A DNA stretch of 30,664 nt from a virus (IMGVR_UViG_3300012157_000006:1-30664); one strand, 5' to 3'. Shown: positions 9,025 to 17,163, counted from the stretch's first letter. The notes: generated by a model not told the origin, from the sequence alone. A program made the numbers and translations.

Positions 9025-9612
9025 ATGGGCCTCCTTCTCGATCTCTTCGGTCTTGTTTATACCGTCACGATCGAGACAGGAGGCTCGATTCCTGTCGAGG
9101 CGCTCGCCACTCTTGAGACCACTCCAACTGATCCAGTCGAAGCTGGCAGCACTGCCCAGACCGAAGGATCGATTCCTGTTGAGTCGTCCAGCATTGCGAC
9201 TCTTGTCACGGACGGAAGCATTCCGGTCGAATGGTCAGCGACGACCGCTCGTGTTTCTGGAGGCAGACTACCGGGATTCATTCGGCCTATCCCTGTTGAG
9301 CCGGAGTGCTATGACCTCGGCTGCATTGATCTCGTTATTACGCCTGTGGTCGGATATGCGACAGGTGTCGAAGTCATTCCAGCCTCAGTCATTTATGTGC
9401 CGGACCCTCCGCCTCAAGAGATCGAACTGGAGGTGGAACTGATCATTCGAGGTGCAGCGGCTGATTACGTCGACACTTTCCTAGGGTACAATCTTTCCGT
9501 GGAGCCAATGATAACGGGAGTGCTGGTGTGCTCATCCGATGAACCACGTTACAAGGACTTCGTGAAGACGGAGATTCTTCCTGATGATGACGAACTGATT
9601 GCACTGCTATGA
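9025..9612 (+). CDS. Acidic hypothetical virion protein with GSIPVE repeats
   Basis: Three GSIPVE repeats plus PIPVE, and an acidic-hydrophobic C-terminus DDDELIALL. ATGA overlap with the next gene. Confidence 0.6.
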   Translation: MGLLLDLFGLVYTVTIETGGSIPVEALATLETTPTDPVEAGSTAQTEGSIPVESSSIATLVTDGSIPVEWSATTARVSGGRLPGFIRPIPVEPECYDLGCIDLVITPVVGYATGVEVIPASVIYVPDPPPQEIELEVELIIRGAAADYVDTFLGYNLSVEPMITGVLVCSSDEPRYKDFVKTEILPDDDELIALL

Positions 9613-10574
9613 CTCCAAAGAAGCGGATTCGACTGATCCGAGCCATCCTGCGATGTGTCGATGCGCGTGTGATCTTCGTGCCGATCGGTATTCCTGAAGA
9701 CGACGATCCGGAGCAGGTGTATTTGAAGAAGATCGATAGCTCACGGGAAGTCTGGCAGGACCATATAGCACCAGTCTTCGGGAACGAGTTCGAACGGGAG
9801 CGACAGGACATTGTGCCGACAGTTCGAGCAGCATCGACTCCAGATGTCGCAGGCGCTCGGATCGATCAAGCTATCACAGAGTCACGTCGGCACTGGGCTG
9901 CAACGATCGCGTCTGTCTACTTCGAAGTCTCCAAGGCGTTTGGTCCGAGGACGCTTGCGGGATTCCGACGAGCTGGATTCAAGCACAAGGCACCGACGAT
10001 CGATCCGTGGCAGGCCGCTGCTGCGAGGTTCCTTCGAAAGAACGGCGCCAAGAAGGTTGTCGATATCACAGCCACGACCAGGAAGCAAATCAGGAAGATC
10101 CTAGCTGATGGCGCTGCGGCAGGTGATTCCGTCGCGAAGATCGCTGACAGGATTGATGAGCTGTACCTGGAGCAAATCATTCCGAATCGATCAATGGTCA
10201 TTGCACGGACGGAAGTTCTGGAGGCGTCCAGTCTCGTGAACCAGGAAGCCGCGCGCGTGATCGAGACGCCGATGGACAAGATCTGGCTATCGATCCGTGA
10301 TGGCCGGGAGCGCCCTACGCATCTCGAAGCGCATCGGCAGCGCGTGCCTTTGAGCGAGCCGTACGAGATCAACGGCCAGCCACTCATGTACCCAGGTGAC
10401 TCGTCCTTAGGCGCTGATCCAGGAGAAACGATCCAGTGTCGCTGCGCGGAGATCTATGAGGAATCTGAGAAACCTCGTGCCAGATCGACTGTGGTCATCC
10501 CTTCTGGCGCGCCTAATGATCTAGCGCCCGGCCGAGGGGTACGGGCACCCGCTCCTGCAAGTCCGCCTGTGTGA
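9609..10574 (+). CDS. Phage head morphogenesis protein, MuF / SPP1 gp7 family
   Basis: Motifs IARTE, KIWLSIRDGRERPTH, LMYPGD and ETIQCRC. Confidence 0.9.
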   Translation: MTPKKRIRLIRAILRCVDARVIFVPIGIPEDDDPEQVYLKKIDSSREVWQDHIAPVFGNEFERERQDIVPTVRAASTPDVAGARIDQAITESRRHWAATIASVYFEVSKAFGPRTLAGFRRAGFKHKAPTIDPWQAAAARFLRKNGAKKVVDITATTRKQIRKILADGAAAGDSVAKIADRIDELYLEQIIPNRSMVIARTEVLEASSLVNQEAARVIETPMDKIWLSIRDGRERPTHLEAHRQRVPLSEPYEINGQPLMYPGDSSLGADPGETIQCRCAEIYEESEKPRARSTVVIPSGAPNDLAPGRGVRAPAPASPPV

Positions 10575-10586
10575 TAGCGTGACGGC

Positions 10587-13500
10587 ATGAACCTCTGGGT
10601 TGCCGATGCTGAATGGGATGAGTCCAAGCATCCTCGTGCTGATGACGGTAAGTTCGGTCCTGGAGGCGGAGGAGACGATGGTCCATCTGGTGACAGAGAA
10701 GGTGTATTAGAACCTTCGAAAGAAGATGAAACAGGAACGCTCAGTTTCCCAGCGCATACATGGCTGAATCAATATCAGTTTGGTGTCCCCGGCGTTAGAA
10801 GTGAAGATGTACGAGATCCTTTTCCTTCAGCTCAGACGATGGATGAATTGAGTAAGTATGTGGGTAAAGACCCGAAGGCACTCTACCGAGCTGAGTACGT
10901 AGGTGTTGATAGCTCCAAACAGCAAATTCAGTCGTGGGCTCGAACTTACGATCATGCGGAACATATTGTCGAGGGTAATGATCGTCCTATGAAGATCATT
11001 CAACATGTGTTCCAACCTGACGAGATAATCGTGGATACCACACGACTTCCAAGGAAGTACAAAGACAAGTATGACGCTGCAAAACAGGCAGAAGTTATCA
11101 TTGCTCGCGGCGGTCTTTTGAACACACTTCGATCTGTTCGACAGAGAAGGACATCCAAGTCTGACATACGGATTGCTGATGCTGAATGGGACGAGTCCAA
11201 GCACCCTCGTGACGAAGACGGTAAGTTTGGACAAGGCGGTACGTTCAAGCCAGTTGGCTCCAAGGTCGATGGACTGGCTGTTAGCGATGACATTCCTAAT
11301 CGTAGCTCCATCGCGTCAACACTCACTGACTATGAAGTGTTGTCAGGTGTTCGAGAGGTCGGATTCGATTCGTTCGAGTCAACTAGAGACTTGTCACCCG
11401 AACAGAGGCGCTCAGTCAGGTTTCAGTCTGCATCTGAGAAACAGAGGACAGAACGTTTAGCCGATCAGATCAGGGAGTCTGGTCGTATTGATCCGTTGAT
11501 TGTTGCAGTTGACGAAAAAGGACCATACGTGCTGGAGGGAGGGCACAGGTTTGATGCACTACGTCTCCTTGGAAAGGACAAGTTTCCAGCGTTGGTTGTG
11601 ATCGAGAAGACAACCAAGGCGCTTTGGATCGTCGATGCTGAATGGGATGAGTCCAAGCACCCTCGATCCGAAGACGGAAAGTTCGGTCCTGGAGGAGGAA
11701 AGACTCCTGACGCTAGCGACGACGAACGCGGCGGACAGGCGATGTACAGTCCGAACACCGAGGACACGCTCGATTTCGATCAGGCGCTCAGGAACCTGGA
11801 CAGCGACAATCAGAAGGTAGCGAAGCAGAACGCCGAGGCTGACGATCGCGAGATCGGACTGACCAGCACGGTCGAGAACTCTGTCGGGGACACGAAGGAA
11901 TGGGGAAGCGAGAACTCACTGCTGGCCACGTACAAGAATGCTTCGTTCGACGACATCAAGTACGCCGCGGCTCGCAAGGGCCTCGCGATGAATCAGAAGG
12001 CTGTACTGCCGTTCAAGTACGACGCGGCCGGTCCTGACTCCCTATATACGCTCCGCGTGCCGACAAGTAACATGAAGGAGATCCGCGACATCTGCGATAA
12101 GAAGGGTGTCGAGTTCCGGACGTTCATACCAGAGGGAACGAACGCGACACGCGTGGTCATCTATGACCAGGGATCGCAACTGATCGGACCAGTCAAGGAG
12201 GTCGCAAGGAACTATGGAATCGGCATCGCACTCAAGCGCGGCAAAGGCGAGTTCGTCGGAGGCGACACCAGAGAATCCGGAGCTGACGTCTACCGGAGCG
12301 CCATCGCAGAGTACGAACGACGACGTGGAAATCGTGGACGAGACCGAGAGCGCGTTGCAGCGCGGGGAGTCAGGAGTCGCACTGATCGGCCAACCTCGGA
12401 AGTCCTAAGCAAGTCCGACGTCTGGGTCGCTGATGCTGAATGGGACGAGTCCCAGCATCCACGGTCCGAAGACGGAAAGTTCGGTCCGGAAGGAGCTGGC
12501 CCAGCACCTGCCGGCGATAACGGACGAGGTCTTCGTGGTCCGAAGTTCGGAGGCCGCGAACTTCTACCGTTCGGACAGATGTCGAAGGATGACTTTCCAG
12601 AGACGTCCGGACCTCCCGTCGAGCATCTATTCCATACGACTAGCGCTGCTAATCTCGACGATATCTCGAACGAAGGCTTGCAGCCTCACGGACCGGACTT
12701 CCGTGGAGAACAGGACGCATGGCCGAACGGAGGGACTGATGAACGGAATTACTTCGCGACCAGACCTGGCAATGCGCTGAACTTCTCGGAACCCGATCAC
12801 GTTCTCCTACGCGTCCCGGCACAGAACGTCAAGACCAGAGGTCTGAAGACTGAGTTTCGGGATCAAGACTACTTCTCTAGTAAGCCGGTGCCCGCTAACG
12901 AGATCGAAGTCCTGGCGGCTGATGGATCATGGCAGCCATTGAAGCGGTCGATGACAAAAGCCGAGCGCTGGATTATTGATGTTGAATGGGATGAGTCCCA
13001 GCATCCTCGTGCTGACGACGGAAAGTTCGGACCTAGAGGAGCTGGCGGTCGGCCTCCTTCTACAGGACGTCGTGCAGTACCGAAAGGGCCTGAGGCTGAC
13101 GCACTCAATGATGATGTCAGCGGCCTGACCCAGCGACTTCGCGAGACTGCTCCTGGAAGCATACTGGAAGCCTTCGTTGATTCAAACGGGGAACTGTACG
13201 TCGACACCATCAAGGTTCCGAAGAGTTCTCAGGGCCAGGGCGCAGGCGGTCGGATGATGCGCGGCCTGACGGACTGGGCTGACGAACGGAATCTTCAGAT
13301 GGCGTTGGACCCTCGTCCTGATCCTGGGAAGAAGGCGGCGCTTGAGCGCTTCTACCATTCGCTCGGGTTCCGTCGTAACGGGTCAAAAGGCGTCTATGAT
13401 CCAGCATCGAAGGGCGAATGGATTCGTCCAGCGATATCAGAGCGGAAGGAACCAAAGGCCAAAGCGCGAGAATGGGTCATGGACTCATTCTGGGAGAAAG

Positions 13501-14642
13501 CGCGGCTTCCGAGTGGAGAGTTCGACGAATCCAAGCACCCTCGTGATGAGGACGGCAAGTTCTCGTCTGGTGGCGGAGGAGGATCACCCGAGAACGAAGA
13601 ACCAAGCAACCCAGAAGACGCGACATCTTTTGGTCAGCCGGCAGAGACTCCAGAACTGGAGCCTGGTCAGAAGCCTCCTATTCGACCGACCAAGGGGCCA
13701 TATCCTGATCACAAGCCTCCGGACATTCCTGATCTGCCTGGCGCTGACGGTAACGCCTATATTCCAGAGATCGATACGCCGAGTCAGGTAGAACTACGCG
13801 GCAAGAAGATCGATCATATTACGAACCTGGGTGGAGGTATTACGCAATCAGGAAGACTTCATTTCGAAGACGGATCGTCTGGTGTCTTCAAGTCGGCTAA
13901 TGGCGATATGGAGATGCTTGATGAAGATACTGGCGAACCAGTCGGACCTCGAAAGAGCATCCCGCTTGGTGAGTCGTGGCGTCGCGAGGTCGCGGCGTAC
14001 GATGTCGCGCAGATTGTCGGTATGGAAGACATCGTCGCGCCGACGACCGCGATCAATATCACGGCTGAACACGCTGTAAAGTCCAAGCTCCCTCAAGGTC
14101 CGGCCAGTCTGCAAAAGTGGGTGGATGATGCAGCGCCAGCAGCTAACTTGAATCCATCAAGTCGGTTCGGTGATGAGTCAGATGACATTCAGCGCGCTGT
14201 CGCCTTCGATCTGATCATTGGAAATACAGATCGGCATGCCGGTAACTGGATGTCGACCTTGTCGACCGCAGAAGAGAAAGCGAAGATCACGCTCATTGAT
14301 CACGGCTTGGCCTTCCCTGAAGCTAATATGTCGGCTTCGTGGAATCTGGAAAACCCTTCGGACACAGGAAATATGGGTAGGGACAACGATGTTCTTCGGT
14401 CTGATCTCTATAAGGAGGGATTCAATTATCACGGGCTTGACGCAGAGCACGAGGAAATTCCTTCGTGGCTCAAGAGCAAGTGGGAAGGCAAGTGGCAGCA
14501 GATCGCCAACACACTCAAGAAGCGAGGGATTCCAAAGGCTGCAATGGAGTCAATGCGCTCACGGTATGAGTCCTTCATGGATGCCGAAACGTGGGGGGAC
14601 TTCACAGGCGATCTCATGATTTGGAATCATCCCCTCCGATGA
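10587..14642 (+). CDS. Polyvalent multi-effector protein: ART (R-S-QxE), ParB/Srx, unknown domain, ART (HxT type), GNAT, HipA/PI3K-like kinase, each preceded by a DES(K/Q)HPR repeat
   Basis: Module motifs in order: LYRA..QSW..QAEVII; IDPLIV..VLEGGHRFDAL; ENS..KGLAMNQKAVLPF; LFHTTS..ISNEGLQP..NYFAT; VPKSSQGQGAG..FYHSLGF; LGGG..VFK..REVAAY..DRHAGN..IDHG. Confidence 0.85.
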   Translation: MNLWVADAEWDESKHPRADDGKFGPGGGGDDGPSGDREGVLEPSKEDETGTLSFPAHTWLNQYQFGVPGVRSEDVRDPFPSAQTMDELSKYVGKDPKALYRAEYVGVDSSKQQIQSWARTYDHAEHIVEGNDRPMKIIQHVFQPDEIIVDTTRLPRKYKDKYDAAKQAEVIIARGGLLNTLRSVRQRRTSKSDIRIADAEWDESKHPRDEDGKFGQGGTFKPVGSKVDGLAVSDDIPNRSSIASTLTDYEVLSGVREVGFDSFESTRDLSPEQRRSVRFQSASEKQRTERLADQIRESGRIDPLIVAVDEKGPYVLEGGHRFDALRLLGKDKFPALVVIEKTTKALWIVDAEWDESKHPRSEDGKFGPGGGKTPDASDDERGGQAMYSPNTEDTLDFDQALRNLDSDNQKVAKQNAEADDREIGLTSTVENSVGDTKEWGSENSLLATYKNASFDDIKYAAARKGLAMNQKAVLPFKYDAAGPDSLYTLRVPTSNMKEIRDICDKKGVEFRTFIPEGTNATRVVIYDQGSQLIGPVKEVARNYGIGIALKRGKGEFVGGDTRESGADVYRSAIAEYERRRGNRGRDRERVAARGVRSRTDRPTSEVLSKSDVWVADAEWDESQHPRSEDGKFGPEGAGPAPAGDNGRGLRGPKFGGRELLPFGQMSKDDFPETSGPPVEHLFHTTSAANLDDISNEGLQPHGPDFRGEQDAWPNGGTDERNYFATRPGNALNFSEPDHVLLRVPAQNVKTRGLKTEFRDQDYFSSKPVPANEIEVLAADGSWQPLKRSMTKAERWIIDVEWDESQHPRADDGKFGPRGAGGRPPSTGRRAVPKGPEADALNDDVSGLTQRLRETAPGSILEAFVDSNGELYVDTIKVPKSSQGQGAGGRMMRGLTDWADERNLQMALDPRPDPGKKAALERFYHSLGFRRNGSKGVYDPASKGEWIRPAISERKEPKAKAREWVMDSFWEKARLPSGEFDESKHPRDEDGKFSSGGGGGSPENEEPSNPEDATSFGQPAETPELEPGQKPPIRPTKGPYPDHKPPDIPDLPGADGNAYIPEIDTPSQVELRGKKIDHITNLGGGITQSGRLHFEDGSSGVFKSANGDMEMLDEDTGEPVGPRKSIPLGESWRREVAAYDVAQIVGMEDIVAPTTAINITAEHAVKSKLPQGPASLQKWVDDAAPAANLNPSSRFGDESDDIQRAVAFDLIIGNTDRHAGNWMSTLSTAEEKAKITLIDHGLAFPEANMSASWNLENPSDTGNMGRDNDVLRSDLYKEGFNYHGLDAEHEEIPSWLKSKWEGKWQQIANTLKKRGIPKAAMESMRSRYESFMDAETWGDFTGDLMIWNHPLR
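10596..13565 (+). repeat. Six dispersed in-frame ~60-nt repeats encoding E(W/F)DES(K/Q)HPRxxDGKF
   Basis: The W/F codon of each copy is at 10614, 11187, 11643, 12441, 12987 and 13521. Copies 1 and 3 share the identical 26-mer GATGCTGAATGGGATGAGTCCAAGCA (10605, 11634). Confidence 0.95.
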
Positions 14643-14646
14643 GTTA

Positions 14647-14667
14647 TGTCATAATCTAAAAAAGGAG
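14647..14667 (+). promoter_or_regulatory. Possible extended -10 promoter element plus RBS
   Basis: TGT-CATAAT (14647-14655) in an AT-rich intergenic gap, then AGGAG (14663-14667) before TTG 14675. No correctly spaced -35 is visible. Confidence 0.35.
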
Positions 14668-14674
14668 AACTTGG

Positions 14675-17023
14675 TTGAAGGTCACAGTCTACGTCGATGA
14701 CGGTCGGGAAGCTGGATCGCTGGCGTTGGAGAACGGGAAGCTGGTCCCGCATCCTACGACTGCGAACGACAAGACGGTCTTCGATACTGTGATGGAGCCG
14801 TACCGAGTTCGGGGGAAGACGTATACATCCGATGAGCCCGAAGACTTCCTCCGCAATCTCAAGTTCCAGTACCACGGATCACGACTCCGAGCTGGCAGTA
14901 TGATCAATGATGAGATCAAGAAGGCTGAGGGCGACGGCATCATGGTCGCCTTGATGGTACCGCCGGATATTGCGGCGCAGCTCGCAAGTATCGCTCTACC
15001 TGGCCAGGAGCCGGCAGACGCGATGCACCTGACGCTAGCGTCTCTGGGAAAGACGAACGCCTTCACACCCGAAAGCCTCGACATGATCAAGCAGTCGGTC
15101 GCATCGTTCGCCGAACAGACCGCTCCTGTATCCGGTGTGATCTCTGGTATCGGCGTCTTCAGCATGGACGAAGCGAACCGCGTGGTCTATGCGTCATTTG
15201 ATTCACCTGCGCTCGGTGAGTTCCGACACAACATCTGCGCTGCTTTGCATAGCGCCGGTCTGCCGATCCCACATGATCACGGCTTTACTCCGCACATCAC
15301 ACTGGCTTATACGACCAAGGATCAGATTCAGAAGCTACCGGACATTCCGCAAGTGCCTGTGACGTTCGGCGCCGTCTCATGTGTGGTCGGAGACGAACGA
15401 TCGGACTATCCTTTGATCGGGACAACGGTCTTCATGCGTCGAACGGTCCGGATCGCGAAGCGGATCGAGCACCGCGGCAATGAGTGGTGCGTAACGACTG
15501 AGGACGGAGCCAAGACCCTCGGGTGCCATTCGACCAAGGAAGAAGCCATTCGTCAGCTTGCCGCAGTCGAGATCCACAAGCGCCTATCATCGGGTCAGCG
15601 GACCCAATATGACGCGGAATCGGATCGCATCCGATCCAACAAGATCAAGCCGGAGAACACGGGTCCTCATCAGTTCAAGGCGGCAAAGTGGACGTTCCCT
15701 AACGGGCATCCTCGGTGCCTACGATGTGGGAGCGAGGAGTCTATCTCAGGGTGGTGCAATGCGCCTGCGAAAGACGATGCTGTCAACAAGGCCATGGACA
15801 GCATGTCGATCGAGGAAGACTTTGACGAACGACTTCGCAATGCTCGATCGGTCCTCAAGGCGACGCTGATCACTACGGATCTGGAGACTGGGGGCGGTCT
15901 GCTGGGACCGACTCAGGGATGCTCGCCTCGTGATCCTCAGTGCCCAGACAAGGACGGGAGAACGAAGATGGCAGCTCCAATCAACCGAGATGTATTCATG
16001 GTTGACAAAGCGCTCTGGACTCCTATCGAGCAGGAGTGGTTCACGGAGTTCCACAAGCAGTTGCCACTGGCTGGCAAGCCTCTGCCGTTCGTCATTCAGG
16101 CGAAGTTCTCAGCGCTGACCGAGGAACAGATGACAGCCGGCATGGATGTGCTTTCCAAGAGCGAAGGCGCTATGACCTTCGTCCTGCGATTCGCTACCGA
16201 TCAGTTCGAAGGTCACTGGGGAATCGAGGTCAAGGGTGACAAGACGTCGGAGGCCTGGCCAGCATCAGTCCCGGGAATGATCAGAGGTGCAGGTCCGTCA
16301 AGCTGGATGACGAGAAGTGACGTCCAGATCCCAATGACTGGAGATCGCTTCGTGACGATCGAACGAGGAACATATCAGTTGATCGCTGCGACCGCAGACC
16401 AGATCGAACTGTCACTGAACAGCGATCGTATGACCGGTCGGTACTTCTGGCGGAAGGTCGGTCCGACCTGGCTGCTGGAGAAGATCGATGATGACGTACT
16501 GTCGTTGACAGCAGGCGACATCGGTGATCATGTGGCCAAGTCGCTCGCGTGTGGATACAGCTCGATCGTCTGGCCGAAGGACATCACCAAACCTTCGAAT
16601 GGCCACGAAGTTCTCGACGTGCAGTCCACGGCGGAGGAACTGACTCGATACCGAGTTCTTCGCGCAGCGCCGGAACAGCGCTACACGCTCGGCGTCGCGT
16701 ATCCGGCTGCCTCGCTCGATCTTCATCAGGACTTCATGTCAATGGAGGAACTGGAACGAACAGCCTGGGACGCCATGCGCCGCGGAGTCAAGATCGGACT
16801 GATGCATCGTGCTGGAACCGGAGGCGCAGGTACGGCTGTCGAGTCGTACATCTATCGAGGCCCAGAGTGGAAGGCTGACGGTCAAGTCGTGAAGCCTGGC
16901 GATTGGATGCTCGGTGTCGTCTGGGAACCAAACGCGTGGGAGGCGATCAAGAGCGGGCAATTGAAAGGCTACAGTCTTCAGGGATGGGCGAGGAAGCAAA
17001 AGGGGACTCTGCCGAACGTATGA
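14675..17023 (+). CDS. Multidomain prohead protease: small N-domain, 2H phosphoesterase, small head-associated domain, Cys/His motif, degenerate LigD phosphoesterase-like domain, C-terminal XkdF-like serine protease
   Basis: 2H motifs HLT (15026) and HIT (15293); IEHRGNEWCV..TLGCHSTKEEAIRQLAAVE; HQF..RCLRCG..C; FVIQ..LRF..GTY..TGRY..WL; and QRYTLGVAYP..D..D..IGLMH..VESYI..GDW..WEAIKSGQLKGYSLQG. Confidence 0.85.
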   Translation: MKVTVYVDDGREAGSLALENGKLVPHPTTANDKTVFDTVMEPYRVRGKTYTSDEPEDFLRNLKFQYHGSRLRAGSMINDEIKKAEGDGIMVALMVPPDIAAQLASIALPGQEPADAMHLTLASLGKTNAFTPESLDMIKQSVASFAEQTAPVSGVISGIGVFSMDEANRVVYASFDSPALGEFRHNICAALHSAGLPIPHDHGFTPHITLAYTTKDQIQKLPDIPQVPVTFGAVSCVVGDERSDYPLIGTTVFMRRTVRIAKRIEHRGNEWCVTTEDGAKTLGCHSTKEEAIRQLAAVEIHKRLSSGQRTQYDAESDRIRSNKIKPENTGPHQFKAAKWTFPNGHPRCLRCGSEESISGWCNAPAKDDAVNKAMDSMSIEEDFDERLRNARSVLKATLITTDLETGGGLLGPTQGCSPRDPQCPDKDGRTKMAAPINRDVFMVDKALWTPIEQEWFTEFHKQLPLAGKPLPFVIQAKFSALTEEQMTAGMDVLSKSEGAMTFVLRFATDQFEGHWGIEVKGDKTSEAWPASVPGMIRGAGPSSWMTRSDVQIPMTGDRFVTIERGTYQLIAATADQIELSLNSDRMTGRYFWRKVGPTWLLEKIDDDVLSLTAGDIGDHVAKSLACGYSSIVWPKDITKPSNGHEVLDVQSTAEELTRYRVLRAAPEQRYTLGVAYPAASLDLHQDFMSMEELERTAWDAMRRGVKIGLMHRAGTGGAGTAVESYIYRGPEWKADGQVVKPGDWMLGVVWEPNAWEAIKSGQLKGYSLQGWARKQKGTLPNV

Positions 17024-17163
17024 TCGTCGAAGTGAAATGCCCGAGATGTTCGAACGTCGTCGTCACTCAAGCGCTGTCTGCCGGCGACATTCGCTGCAAT
17101 GTCTGTCACAAGCTGCTCCTCAAGATCAAAAAGGAGAAGTGCGCACTTGACAAGGTAGTGTAA
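17020..17163 (+). CDS. Com-like zinc-ribbon protein (putative translational regulator), 47 aa
   Basis: MIVEVKCPRC...DIRCNVCHKLL gives two CxxC knuckles. ATGA overlap with the protease stop. Confidence 0.7.
   Translation: MIVEVKCPRCSNVVVTQALSAGDIRCNVCHKLLLKIKKEKCALDKVV

Noticed and set aside
10572-10589. Read-through fusion of MuF to the in-frame polyprotein
   Set aside because: The frames do match, but two consecutive stops (TGA TAG) make read-through unlikely. An ancestral fusion remains possible.
10596-13565. Dispersed direct repeats as a CRISPR array
   Set aside because: Spacing is 450-800 nt and irregular, the repeats are in-frame coding with codon-position variation, and there are no cas genes.
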